NCBI GenBank assembly: GCA_964372825.1
Contig: CAYJTA010000001.1
Location: 1-48,795 of the forward strand
DNA: 48,795 nucleotides
Reading direction: 5' to 3'
Source: an uncultured archaeon
GTDB lineage: Archaea; Aenigmatarchaeota; Aenigmatarchaeia; QMZP01
Under the pieces are notes generated by a model. It was not told the DNA's origin. It made no database searches and saw nothing but the letters and a program-made list of their open reading frames with translations. The position numbers and the translations under genes are program-made. Below are positions 1 through 9,281 of the stretch, in pieces (positions within the stretch are counted from its first letter, which is position 1; each line of letters opens with the position of its first letter).

Positions 1-69
1 AAAAAGCGGCTCCATCTCCCTGCAATGCACGCACTCCGTGCCGTAAAATTCGATCAGATGGTCTGCCAT
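1..69 (-). CDS. thioredoxin/glutaredoxin-fold protein; only the N-terminal 23 codons are visible and the gene runs off the left edge
   Basis: Minus-strand ATG at 67-69. Translation is MADHLIEFYGTECVHCREMEPLF, with a CxxC (CVHC) motif right after a beta-strand-like segment, as in small thioredoxin-fold proteins. Confidence 0.4.
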   Translation of the reverse strand, partial: MADHLIEFYGTECVHCREMEPLF

Positions 70-144
70 GCTATAAATTGTCTCTTTTGGCTTAAATTTT
101 AGTCGCTATCAAAGATTATAATAATCAAGGCAATATTCAACATC

Positions 145-1182
145 ATGGCAAGGAAAGGCTTTATCCACATCATAGAGGTAATAGTCATAACTTTGGTAGT
201 CTTCGTGCTCGTTTTCCAGTTCTCCACCCTGCCTACAATACAGACTGACTGGCAGGCCCATGAGCTCAAGCTGCAGGCCTATGACATCCTCAGCCTGCTG
301 GATGCAAAAGGCATTGACTGGCTCAGTCCTGCCGATGTCTCGAGAAACATGGACTCCATACTGAACGGCACCAATGTCAAGTATGAGCTGAGGATATCCA
401 ATGCAGTGAAGAACAATATCTCTGTGGGATGCATATGCACGCCAGAGGAATACAGCCTCTTTCTCCCATCAGTAAATCCTGTCCAGTTCAACAGCAGGAC
501 AGTCACATTCCAGAGCGAGAGAATAGATTCTTCCAGCCCCTCATATTCCCTCAGACATGACGTCATCTATATAGGCACCTCGGCATGGAATTCGGGAAAG
601 ATAGAGAACACAAGCAGCCTTCTGCTTTCATACATTTCAAGCGGCAAAGGAATCCTGCTTTCCGCCAACCTCTCAAGGAACTCGGATCTGCTGGCAACCC
701 TTTTCGGCATAAGGTCTGTCACTGTTTCGCCCTCAAGCCTGCCATTCGTTTTCAGCGAATACGGCAGCCCCAGGCTGGCATCCGCTGTTGCCAGGTATTT
801 CACCAAAATACCCTATGCCTATGGCAGATACTTCTCAAGCATCCATGAATTCGAGTCATTTTCTCCTGTGAACAGCATAGATGCGGATGTAAAAAACATT
901 ATACTTGTCCAGAAGTCCACAGGCTATCCGGGTGCAATAGTAAGGGAGAGGATAGTGTCAGGCAAAGGAAGGGCTGCATGGCTGACCGTAAGCATTCAGC
1001 CCTCGGAGGACATACAGCACCTTGTCAGGAGCCTCATTCTATACCTCTCCGCAAACGAGTTCAGGGCGGCAGGAAACGATGTGCTGAGGCCAGTGAAGGC
1101 AACTATCCTGAGGGACCTCAGGAAAAGCGGCAGCATGCTGGAGCCTGTGGAGATAAGCCTTTATCTGAGCTATACTTTCTAA
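145..1182 (+). CDS. class III (prepilin-like) signal peptide protein, extracytoplasmic, function unknown
   Basis: 345-aa ORF. The N-terminus MARKG/FIHIIEVIVITLVVFVLVF has a short basic leader, a Gly, then a hydrophobic helix with Glu near +6, as in type IV pilin-like precursors. Several N-x-S/T sequons. Confidence 0.6.
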   Translation: MARKGFIHIIEVIVITLVVFVLVFQFSTLPTIQTDWQAHELKLQAYDILSLLDAKGIDWLSPADVSRNMDSILNGTNVKYELRISNAVKNNISVGCICTPEEYSLFLPSVNPVQFNSRTVTFQSERIDSSSPSYSLRHDVIYIGTSAWNSGKIENTSSLLLSYISSGKGILLSANLSRNSDLLATLFGIRSVTVSPSSLPFVFSEYGSPRLASAVARYFTKIPYAYGRYFSSIHEFESFSPVNSIDADVKNIILVQKSTGYPGAIVRERIVSGKGRAAWLTVSIQPSEDIQHLVRSLILYLSANEFRAAGNDVLRPVKATILRDLRKSGSMLEPVEISLYLSYTF

Positions 1183-1289
1183 ATTGTTGTTCACAATCAT
1201 ACGGCTGATGTTTTTTCCCTTACCGGCGTGATAAGGCCTCGCTTCCTGCGGGAAATGCCTATTTATTCATTGGAGCGCATTATCTGTGT

Positions 1290-1583
1290 ATGGAACAGCA
1301 GCAGGAAGGCGAGGTAATAAGGGTGAGGCTCCCAAGGAGAGGAGAAGTGCTAGGCACAATAGAGGAACTCCTCGGAGCTTGCAGGTTCAAGGTTTTATGT
1401 GCAGACGGCCATCTGAGGCTCTGCCGCATACCCGGCAAGTTCAGGAAAAGGGTCAATGTCTATATCGGCGACATCGTCCTTGTGGAGCCATGGTCAGTTG
1501 AAAGCAATGAGAAAGGCGACATCCTCTGGATATACAACAGGACCAATGCGGACTGGCTGAGGAGGAAGGGCTTCATCAAATAG
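1290..1583 (+). CDS. eif1a: translation initiation factor aIF-1A (S1-like OB fold)
   Basis: 97 aa. GEVLGTIEELLGACRFKVLCADGHLRLCRIPGKFRKRVNVYIGDIVLVEPW is the typical aIF-1A/eIF-1A core. Confidence 0.9.
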   Translation: MEQQQEGEVIRVRLPRRGEVLGTIEELLGACRFKVLCADGHLRLCRIPGKFRKRVNVYIGDIVLVEPWSVESNEKGDILWIYNRTNADWLRRKGFIK

Positions 1584-1968
1584 CATTGCTGCTATTTCCA
1601 GCCGGCTGTGCATTTCTTTGTCTGTACGTCCCATCCTTTTTCCTTATTATGATATCAGCTACCAAGTAGGCATCCAGATTATTTTTAGCATCTTCATGCT
1701 CCTGATCTCTTCGGCGTTGTTTGTACCTTTTCCATGCCTCGTCACGAAGTGACCACAATCCTTCCAACGGAATGCGGAACAGATGCTCTTCAGCCTCATG
1801 AACTTTTCTGATATCTTCGGAAGCCATGCCTAAGCTGGACAACCTATTATCCATATCATCCGACTGCAGAAGCAGATCTTCTACACAGCCTAAAGGTCCA
1901 AGCCCCCTTGACATTTCATATAGAATTTGGATTTGCTGCTGCGATGGACTGTATTTTTCCATATCCAT
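1576..1968 (-). CDS. hypothetical cytoplasmic protein
   Basis: 130-aa ORF. Its ATG directly abuts, in the same frame, the TAG stop of the upstream 1003-aa gene. Charged helical composition; no recognisable motif. Confidence 0.45.
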   Translation of the reverse strand: MDMEKYSPSQQQIQILYEMSRGLGPLGCVEDLLLQSDDMDNRLSSLGMASEDIRKVHEAEEHLFRIPLEGLWSLRDEAWKRYKQRRRDQEHEDAKNNLDAYLVADIIIRKKDGTYRQRNAQPAGNSSNAI

Positions 1969-4900
1969 CTATTTAGTAAGCGTCAGGAACCTTACAACAA
2001 GCACTGCAACTATGAGGAAGGCTATAATCCCTATAGCTATTGCTTTCAGGCTGTCCTGCCTGATTATCTTTCCTGTCTCATTTATAGTGGCATTGAACGA
2101 CACATTCTTGGCAGGCTTGGGAAGGCTGCTCACATTTTCAGGTCCAGCAGCAGGAGATGGTGTGGCAGTTGCCGTTTCCTTGGGCGCCGGAGCCGGAGAT
2201 GATGTTGCTGTGGGTTTCGGGGCAGGAGAAGCCGTAGCTTTTGGCGTTTCTGCCGGCGCTGGAGCCGCTGCCTCAGGAATCATGAAGAAGAGCTGCACAT
2301 GGGAATTGAGTCCAAACACTCCCGGATAAGAGCCGTATGTCCTGCCATCGCTGTGGTAGGCTATGGCTAGCGCAGATGCTGTTTCTTTTGTGCTTTTCTC
2401 AAGTGGCTTCAGTTTCAGGCTGAAAGCGCCATTTCCGTTCGCATCCGCCTTGAACCTGTTCTCTGAGCCGTCAGACGCGCCGCATGGCTTGTCAACTATC
2501 CGTGCATTCGGCGGGAAGGTTATCCGTGAGCACCAGGCTGTATATGTTCCATTCGGCACAAGCTTCTGGAAAGACAGGATCATTTCAGCGCTACCCTCTG
2601 TTGCAGTATATGTCCCGCTTCCAGCCGCAGCAAGCCATTCCCCGAGGGTGAAGTCCAATGATTTCCCTTTGGCGAATGGCCCCAGAGGCTTTTTGCCCAG
2701 ACTGAAAGGGTCATGTGCGGTTGCTGTCGCAGTTGCATATGCGGTCTTTGCGAGATTTTCAGCTTTCTTGGAATCATTTACATCAGGCCTCATTACCTGC
2801 CCCTTTTTCGTTTCATTTGTTTCGATGAAGACGTCCTGCTCGGGCATGCCTGCCTGCATGTGGTTCACAAACTTGATCTCAATCTTTTCTGCTGCCGGCT
2901 TTAATGTCGGGGAAGGCGCAGGAGGGGCTGTCGGCGTTGCTGTGGGTGCCGGCTGAGGAGAAGGCGATGGTGCTGGCGTGACAGTTGTTGTAGGTGTTGC
3001 CTGCGGCGAAGGCGCTGCGCCTGGCGCCGCCACATTCAGCTTTATATCAGCTGACGATTCCGAATATTCGGACTTCGCAATGATCTTTGCAGGATAGGAT
3101 GCGGGGCTGACGCCATAGGGCGGCGACGCGTAAAGATATATGGTCGCCTCCTGTCCGCTGTCGAGGGAAAGCGCTTTTGTGCCAAGGTACAGCCACTGGG
3201 GGCCTTCAACGCTGATGGAGAATGTGTTTTTCTTGAGTCCTGTATTCTTTATCTTCACAGGCAAGGCCAAAGACTTCAGGGCCTCAATGTTCGCTGCAGC
3301 AGGGGAGGATGGCAATACTGAAGAGGAGTAGCATGCCGCAGTATCCCTTATCACAAGGCTCCCCTTGGCAGATGCCTTTGCGTTCTTGGACACTGCACTG
3401 GCTTCCAAGGTTCTGGTTTCTGCTTTCGCAGAGCATGGGACTGCCACAGGGTATTTCAGCGTTTCGCTTTTCCCTGCCTCAACCTTCACACCCTTCTTTA
3501 TGCCCACGCCAGAAATTTCAACATCATACTCGTCAGCAACCTTCCCATTGTTGGAAACGACAAGCCCGATCTCCGCAGTGTCGCATGCGCATGTTTCGGT
3601 TTTTTCCGGCACCACAGAAAGCCCGGAGGCAAAGCAGTTCTCTGCCGTCAGCAACGAAATGGTCTTGTCGGTTATTCTGTCCGCCTTTGCGGCCACATTG
3701 ACTATCTTGTCGCCCACGAAATCGGCCTTGACGCTCAGCTTGACGCTTTTCGCCTCTTTCGGCTTGAGGCTCAACTGGCTTTTCTCAAGGGTTCCCAGAT
3801 CCGCTGTTATGTCCACCGTTTCCTCTACGGCGCCTATGTTCTTGACTATGACATCATAAGTTATTGCCGTGCTGGAGCAGACAGTGCTCTGCACAGGTGA
3901 CATCACAACCACTATCCCCCTGCACTCATCCACATCTATGTTGAGATTGACAGTCTTCCTGTCCGAAAGTGAGCTCAGGGGCGTGATGCGGATGCTGAAA
4001 GTCTGTTTCCCGGTAGACAGGGGAGTGACAAAGATCTTCATCTGGTCTTTCTGGCCGCTGCCAAGGGTCAGGCTCGCCTTTTCGGCCTTTGCAAATGCCT
4101 GGTCAGACTCCACCGAATATGTGTCCTCGAGGCCAAGGTTGGACAGGCCAAGCGTGAAGTTCGCAGAGCTTCCGAGGCACAGCTTTGCTGTTGTGGGCTG
4201 CACGTCAGCAACAAAGCTATAGCAGTCCCTCAGCGTCAGGGAGAATGGGCTGCTGGTCGTCGCAAGGGTTGCCCTTGATCTGGCCGACAATACAAATTCC
4301 TGCTTTCCTACAATGTCCTTCGGCGGAGTAAGCGAGACAGCAATTATTTTGCTTTCCCCGGCATTGAGGGTAATGGCCGGCGTATTGATTGTCGTATAAC
4401 TCACAGCCTGGCCGCCCTTCGTGACAAAGAGGTCGAATGTTTCAGATACCTTGCCGATGTTTTTGACCTCAGCTGCATATGCCACGGGCTCTTTTTTCTC
4501 CGAACAGATATCCTTCTGGCTTTCCGATATGACAACAGTGACTCCTCTGCAAGAAAGCACATTCACATTGAATGTCTTAGTGACAGTCTCCCTGGTCACG
4601 CCAGAGAGCGCAGAAACCGATATGGCATATGTGCCTGGCTGGACATCCGGCACCGTTATCCATATGGCCTCAAGCTGCCTTGTCTCCATCGGCGGCACGA
4701 ACATTTCAGGCTGTATGAATCCGCTCCAGCCTGAAGGCAAAGAGAGGCTCAGAGAGTATGTGTCGCTCTTGTCCAGCTGATTCCTGATATACAGGGGCAC
4801 AACGCTCTTATCCAGAGGCGGCGTGTCCTTCAGCACAGTGGGACAGGTAGATGGCGTCTGCAACAGTTTCAGGTCGAGGTCGAAGCTGGCTGCGTTGGCG

Positions 4901-4980
4901 AATTGTGAGATGATAGCTATGGAAACAATCCAGATAAAAATTATCTGTCCTGCAAATTTCATATACATACATATGACCAC
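1969..4980 (-). CDS. large cell-surface (S-layer-like/adhesin) protein with N-terminal signal peptide, repeated beta-sandwich domains, two Pro/Thr/Ala-rich linkers and a C-terminal TM anchor
   Basis: 1003-aa ORF. Hydrophobic N-terminus IIFIWIVSIAIISQFANA. Repeats of the type DTYSLSLSLPSGWSG / ETFDLFV / EDTYSV / ADEYDVEI. PT-rich linkers (APSPQATPTTTVTPAPSPSPQPAPTATPTAPPAPSP and APAPAETPKATASPAPKPTATSSPAPAP). C-terminal AIAIGIIAFLIVAVLVVRFLTLTK. Confidence 0.85.
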   Translation of the reverse strand: MVICMYMKFAGQIIFIWIVSIAIISQFANAASFDLDLKLLQTPSTCPTVLKDTPPLDKSVVPLYIRNQLDKSDTYSLSLSLPSGWSGFIQPEMFVPPMETRQLEAIWITVPDVQPGTYAISVSALSGVTRETVTKTFNVNVLSCRGVTVVISESQKDICSEKKEPVAYAAEVKNIGKVSETFDLFVTKGGQAVSYTTINTPAITLNAGESKIIAVSLTPPKDIVGKQEFVLSARSRATLATTSSPFSLTLRDCYSFVADVQPTTAKLCLGSSANFTLGLSNLGLEDTYSVESDQAFAKAEKASLTLGSGQKDQMKIFVTPLSTGKQTFSIRITPLSSLSDRKTVNLNIDVDECRGIVVVMSPVQSTVCSSTAITYDVIVKNIGAVEETVDITADLGTLEKSQLSLKPKEAKSVKLSVKADFVGDKIVNVAAKADRITDKTISLLTAENCFASGLSVVPEKTETCACDTAEIGLVVSNNGKVADEYDVEISGVGIKKGVKVEAGKSETLKYPVAVPCSAKAETRTLEASAVSKNAKASAKGSLVIRDTAACYSSSVLPSSPAAANIEALKSLALPVKIKNTGLKKNTFSISVEGPQWLYLGTKALSLDSGQEATIYLYASPPYGVSPASYPAKIIAKSEYSESSADIKLNVAAPGAAPSPQATPTTTVTPAPSPSPQPAPTATPTAPPAPSPTLKPAAEKIEIKFVNHMQAGMPEQDVFIETNETKKGQVMRPDVNDSKKAENLAKTAYATATATAHDPFSLGKKPLGPFAKGKSLDFTLGEWLAAAGSGTYTATEGSAEMILSFQKLVPNGTYTAWCSRITFPPNARIVDKPCGASDGSENRFKADANGNGAFSLKLKPLEKSTKETASALAIAYHSDGRTYGSYPGVFGLNSHVQLFFMIPEAAAPAPAETPKATASPAPKPTATSSPAPAPKETATATPSPAAGPENVSSLPKPAKNVSFNATINETGKIIRQDSLKAIAIGIIAFLIVAVLVVRFLTLTK

Positions 4981-5340
4981 AAATTTTTTATTCTTATCTG
5001 CTGTTTCATGAGGGACAAACTACGCCTGCATTACACGCCTGCTTTTCCGCGAAACCAGCAGCTTTTTGCGTTTCGTATGCCAAAAGTAATTCATGCGTAA
5101 TTGCAGGAGCAGCTATTCAAGATTACAGTAACAGCTCAAAACCGCTTAAGGATCATCTTATGCCTTTCCCTGTTTCATGCTTCTATATCTCGTTTCTAGC
5201 ATAAGTATTGTGATCTATACTATAATAACCGCAAAACATGGAAAATCAACGTCCTTGAATGGATTCAGATTAATCAGCTTCTGGGCAGTGCGCTGCCTTA
5301 TAGAGGTAATGTTTTATTCCATGCCCCCCCAAAAGACATC

Positions 5341-5595
5341 ATGGAAACCAAAAAGAGGCTGGAAGCAGAAACCAGGAAATGGCTTGAAAGGCTTGAAAAC
5401 GATATGCAGCTTATCAAATCCAGTAAGCTGCCTAAGCCCACAGCCGAGCAGATGGACAATGTTTATGCTTATATCGAAGACTGCCGCTACTTTCTCGGAA
5501 AGAAGGATCACATCAATTCCTTCGAGGCCATAATCTATGCCTGGGGGATATATGAAACCCTGCTGAGGCTTGGGATGATAGAAAAAGAGAAGTGA
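5341..5595 (+). CDS. small archaeal protein, DUF357-like
   Basis: 84 aa. The pattern YAYIEDCRYFLGKKDHINSFEAIIYAWGIYETLLRLGMI resembles the DUF357 consensus (Y..D...F...gD...A....YA.G.lD...rlG). Recognised from memory only. Confidence 0.5.
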   Translation: METKKRLEAETRKWLERLENDMQLIKSSKLPKPTAEQMDNVYAYIEDCRYFLGKKDHINSFEAIIYAWGIYETLLRLGMIEKEK

Positions 5596-5862
5596 GCCCG
5601 GAGGGATTCTCGCCTTGATTTATCAGTTCAGTATTTGTATTGCCTTTCTTTGGATACCTTACCCTTTCTTTTGGAAAGAAAGGGTAGCTTCGAACCCTCG
5701 ACACCCTGGTGTCACCTGCAGCCATTCATCCTTCCGTCATATGGCTCCGCACTAAGAGCCAGGTGCTCTACCAGATTGCTCTACCCTCTTCCTTTGTAAC
5801 TTTTTCTTTTCCGTGCACGCTTTTCTTTTCCTAAAAGAAAAGGGTGCCTGAGCTACGGGCCC
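5593..5862 (-). tRNA. tRNA-Lys (anticodon CTT) with three introns: D-loop about 5778-5847, anticodon loop about 5710-5751, T-loop about 5607-5688
   Basis: Minus-strand exons join to GGGCCCG-TA-GCTCAG..TCTGGTAGAGC-A-CCTGG-CTCTTA(G/A)-CCAGG-GTGTC-GAGGG-TTCGAAT-CCCTC-CGGGCTC-A. Acceptor, anticodon and T stems all pair. TATA box about 30 nt upstream and a T-rich tract downstream. Confidence 0.85.
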
Positions 5863-5887
5863 ACTATACCAATTAAAATGTCTCATC

Positions 5888-5897
5888 TATTTATACG
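5888..5897 (-). promoter_or_regulatory. TATA box for tRNA-Lys(CTT)
   Basis: Minus strand reads GTATAAATAG, centred about 30 nt upstream of the tRNA 5' end. It lies in the divergent intergenic region shared with the aIF-2 gamma gene. Confidence 0.45.
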
Positions 5898-5951
5898 CCT
5901 TCCTTTTCGTGAATATGGTATTGTGTATTTATTCCATGTGGGCAAAAAGAA

Positions 5952-7217
5952 GTGATCACTATGGCAGAGAAAACAAAAGCCAGGCAAAAGGCAAGGGAAG
6001 CCATTGACAGCAGGTTTTTGCCTGACATAAATGTAGGCATGATAGGCCATGTGGACCACGGCAAAACCACGCTTACAGCAGCCCTCACAGGCAAGTTCAC
6101 GGACACCCACAGCGAGGAGATCAAAAGGGGAATCACAATAAGGCTGGGCTATGCCGACGCTACCATCTACAGATGCCCCAAATGCCCGGACCGCATATAC
6201 GGGCTTGATCCAAAATGCCCCGTATGCCACTCTGAATGCGAGCCTGCGAGGACAGTGTCTTTTGTGGATGCCCCCGGGCATGAAACCCTCATGACAACAA
6301 TGCTCTCAGGGACAGCCATAATGGATGCAGCCATTCTTCTTGTGAGCGCTGCCGAGCCCTGCCCCCAGCCGCAGACAAGGGAGCATCTCAAAGCGCTTGA
6401 CATAGTGGGAATCAGGAACGTCATCATAGTCCAGAACAAGATCGATATTGTCACAAGGGAGCAGGCTCTCCAGAACTATGCCCAGATAAAGTCATTTGTC
6501 AAAGCCACCATCGCTGAAAATGCCCCCATCATACCCATCTCAGCGCAGCAGAAGATAAACATAGATTGCCTTGTGGGGATGCTTGCGGAAAGGCTGCCAA
6601 AATCCGAGAGGGATTCCAAAGGGAGGCTGAAGATGCTTGTTGCAAGGAGCTTCGATATCAACAGGCCCGGAACGCAGATAAAGGATCTCAGGGGCGGCGT
6701 CCTCGGGGGAAGCATACTTTCCGGGACTCTTCATGTGGGCGATGAAGTGGAGATAAGGCCCGGCATAAGCATCAAGAACAGGTACAGGCCTGTGTTCACA
6801 AAGGTTGCAGGCATCCAGAAGGCCGGCAGAAATATGGAAGAAGCCACTTCAGGCGGCCTTGTGGGCATTTCGACAACCCTAGACCCTTCCCTGACAAAGA
6901 GCGACAGCCTTGCGGGAAACATCCTCGGCCTGCCAGGCGAGATTCCGGAAACTGTTTATGACATCTCTATAGAAGCTCACCTTCTCGACAAGGTTGTCGG
7001 AACAAGGGAGGAGATGAGGGTCGAAGGCATAAAGCCGAACGAGACGCTTCTTCTTACAGTCGGCATATCAAGGACTATAGGGACTGTAGTCTCTGCCTCC
7101 CACGGGGTGGACATCAAGCTGAGGATGCCTGTATGCGCTGAAAAAGGCGACAGGATTGCCATATCAAGGCAGATACTCAGCAGATGGAGGCTCATAGGAT
7201 GGGGGGAGATAGTATGA
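5952..7217 (+). CDS. eif2g: translation initiation factor aIF-2 gamma subunit (GTPase)
   Basis: G1 motif GHVDHGKTTL, DAPGH, NKID, and the zinc knuckle CPKCPDRIYGLDPKCPVCHSEC typical of a/eIF2-gamma. The true start is probably the ATG at 5961 (MAEKTKA). Confidence 0.93.
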   Translation: MITMAEKTKARQKAREAIDSRFLPDINVGMIGHVDHGKTTLTAALTGKFTDTHSEEIKRGITIRLGYADATIYRCPKCPDRIYGLDPKCPVCHSECEPARTVSFVDAPGHETLMTTMLSGTAIMDAAILLVSAAEPCPQPQTREHLKALDIVGIRNVIIVQNKIDIVTREQALQNYAQIKSFVKATIAENAPIIPISAQQKINIDCLVGMLAERLPKSERDSKGRLKMLVARSFDINRPGTQIKDLRGGVLGGSILSGTLHVGDEVEIRPGISIKNRYRPVFTKVAGIQKAGRNMEEATSGGLVGISTTLDPSLTKSDSLAGNILGLPGEIPETVYDISIEAHLLDKVVGTREEMRVEGIKPNETLLLTVGISRTIGTVVSASHGVDIKLRMPVCAEKGDRIAISRQILSRWRLIGWGEIV

Positions 7218-7285
7218 TTGTTGCAACAGGATACGAATCCTTCTCCGGCAACGAGATCTTTTCACAAATCAGCTAGGTGGCGGAT

Positions 7286-7930
7286 TTAAGCCTCTTCTGT
7301 AGCTTTCTTTTCCGAACCAAACATAACCTTTGCAGCCAGATACCCAAAGGCAAAGCCGCCTATATGCGCCCAGAACGCTATACCTGAACCTCTCCCTCCC
7401 GCAAAGCTCTGGAAGCCAAGCAGCAGCTGTATCACAAACCACAGGCCTATTAGCATCCTGGCAGGCAGCCTATAGGTCTGGTAGAATGGCCCTATAGTCT
7501 TTATGCTGACATTCGGGAAAAGCACAAGATATGCCCCAAGCACGCCTGATATGGCCCCGGATGCCCCAACTGCGGGTATGACTGAACCCAGGTTGGTCAT
7601 GTAGTGGACAAGAGAGGCCGCAATGCCTGACATCAGATAAAATGCAAGGTACTTCACCTTTCCCATCCTGTCCTCCACATTATCCCCGTAAAGCCACAGG
7701 TACCACATGTTGCCGAATATGTGGTCCAGCCCTCCATGGAGGAACATGGCCGTAAACACCGTAAGGATGCTGAACTCGGCAGGCACGAAGCCGTATGTGT
7801 TCAGTATGTTCTCGAAATCCGAAAGACTCCATATGAAGACAGCTATATTGAAGGCTATTATGGAAACCGTCACATAGGGGAATGATTTAGAGACATTCTC
7901 ATCCTGGTAGGGGAAGAACTGGCCTTTCAT
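7286..7930 (-). CDS. rhomboid-family intramembrane serine protease
   Basis: 214 aa and polytopic. Motifs HGGLDHIFGNM, catalytic GASGAISGVLGAY, and HIGGFAFG with the catalytic His. Confidence 0.88.
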   Translation of the reverse strand: MKGQFFPYQDENVSKSFPYVTVSIIAFNIAVFIWSLSDFENILNTYGFVPAEFSILTVFTAMFLHGGLDHIFGNMWYLWLYGDNVEDRMGKVKYLAFYLMSGIAASLVHYMTNLGSVIPAVGASGAISGVLGAYLVLFPNVSIKTIGPFYQTYRLPARMLIGLWFVIQLLLGFQSFAGGRGSGIAFWAHIGGFAFGYLAAKVMFGSEKKATEEA

Positions 7931-7959
7931 CTTATTGCATGCTTTCCTGGGTAAAAAAG

Positions 7960-8565
7960 CTAACCGTACCCTTCCGTTATCTCCCTGGTTATGCTTCTGA
8001 ATGTCTTTTCTAGCGTTGCAGGCTCAAGGTTGCAGATGACCTCCCTCTCTTTGAACAGCACAACCATCTCCTTGACAAGGTCGAAGGCCTTCCTTGTGTC
8101 CTGTTTCAGCCTTGCGACACCGCCGGGCTCAAACTCCGGTTTATGGCCAGTCCTTATCTCCTTTATCTCCGCAGCATCCTTGTGTATCTGCCCGAGCAAC
8201 GAGTCAAGCTCCCTGAGCATGCATATGAGCCTGTAGTCCTGCCTTACCAGCTTCTTCAGCAGCTCCGGGGAGCTGTAGCTCCACTTGCAGTGTCTTATCT
8301 TGATTTCATCCGAGAAGATGTCGATCTCATCCTTCAGATGCTCAAGATCCCTGTTCAGGTTTTCATGCTGCAGCTCATAGAGAAGCTGGATGGTGAAAAA
8401 CAGCCTGTTCTTGCAGTTCCTGATGGCCTTCACAATCAGGTCCCCCATTTTCTGGTCAGTTGCGATAGCCTCTGTCCCATCCTCATAGCTGTAGCCTGGA
8501 ACCATCTTTTCAAGATCTTTCAGTATGATGGACGTTTCTTCCTTGGCCTTTTTCCAGCCTTCCAT
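7960..8565 (-). CDS. hypothetical helical cytoplasmic protein
   Basis: 201-aa ORF with protein-like charged/helical composition. No motif recognised. Confidence 0.55.
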   Translation of the reverse strand: MEGWKKAKEETSIILKDLEKMVPGYSYEDGTEAIATDQKMGDLIVKAIRNCKNRLFFTIQLLYELQHENLNRDLEHLKDEIDIFSDEIKIRHCKWSYSSPELLKKLVRQDYRLICMLRELDSLLGQIHKDAAEIKEIRTGHKPEFEPGGVARLKQDTRKAFDLVKEMVVLFKEREVICNLEPATLEKTFRSITREITEGYG

Positions 8566-8630
8566 AATTATCTATTCCCCCTTGGAGTTAAAATTGAATT
8601 TGAACGGTGGCTTATGAACTTATTGGGTCG

Positions 8631-9215
8631 TCAGAAGAGAATCCCATCCCTCATGATCCCGGCACCCCTGCCGGGGCACATCCTTGAAAAGATGCAGGCA
8701 TAATCAGTGACCGTAGTCATCTGGACCGCTATATCATGATTGCTTGATCCCCATGTCATGAGTATTCTGTCCAAATCTTTGGGCGCATAGCCGCCAAAAT
8801 CAAAATTTTCCTCCCCGTTTACAAACATCCTCAGCCTCTTCCCCCCGCTGTTGCAATAGCTCCTTTGCGTGCCTGCAACAAGGCAGTTTTTGTTAAGCTC
8901 CATCCCTATCGACCTGAAAAACATGCCTATGGAGGCATTGGAAGCTTCGATATGAAGCACGTATGGCCCATATGGATTGTCGAGGTGCAGATGTATGGAG
9001 GAGCTCTTTTCATTGTATTCCTTTCTCGAAAAATCGATCTCTTTCCCATCAATATAGACTTTGAAATCAGCATGCATGTGCGCAGAGCCTTCAGGGCCGA
9101 TCTCAGAAGGCTTCTTTTCAGTTGCAGTGAATATGCCGAGTACAAATATTATGGTCAAAGCAAATATTGCTGGCCAGAGAGGCCTTATCCAGTGACTTTC
9201 CCTTTTCTTTGCCAT
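8631..9215 (-). CDS. membrane-anchored extracytoplasmic protein with His-rich motifs, function unknown
   Basis: The track ORF is 8631..9272. The internal start MAKKRESHW at 9215 gives a basic leader plus one TM (LWPAIFALTIIFVLGIFTA) and avoids running up to the 5S gene. Motifs HMHADFKVYIDG, HLHLDNP and VLHIE. Confidence 0.6.
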   Translation of the reverse strand: MAKKRESHWIRPLWPAIFALTIIFVLGIFTATEKKPSEIGPEGSAHMHADFKVYIDGKEIDFSRKEYNEKSSSIHLHLDNPYGPYVLHIEASNASIGMFFRSIGMELNKNCLVAGTQRSYCNSGGKRLRMFVNGEENFDFGGYAPKDLDRILMTWGSSNHDIAVQMTTVTDYACIFSRMCPGRGAGIMRDGILF

Positions 9216-9252
9216 ATCGATTATTGTCAGCGGCCAAGAAAGCCTTTTGCCA

Positions 9253-9260
9253 TTTAAATA
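9253..9260 (+). promoter_or_regulatory. TATA box for the 5S rRNA gene
   Basis: TTTAAATA centred about 26 nt upstream of the predicted 5S 5' end. Confidence 0.5.
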
Positions 9261-9281
9261 CCTTCCAGCCATATTGTAACT

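Noticed and set aside
2363-4780. Multiple 100-200 aa plus-strand ORFs (for example 2363..2956, 3365..3859, 3869..4222, 4421..4780) opposite the 1003-aa gene.
   Set aside because: They are shadow ORFs antisense to a long, well-supported gene. Their low-complexity Ser/Ala/Phe/Leu composition mirrors the sense-strand codon bias, and they have no motifs or plausible starts.
5177-5533. 118-aa plus-strand ORF overlapping the DUF357-like gene, and the ORFs at 5513..5725 and 5883..6281 overlapping the tRNA and the aIF-2 gamma gene start.
   Set aside because: They overlap better-supported features (a tRNA gene and a conserved GTPase) and have odd composition. They are treated as spurious.
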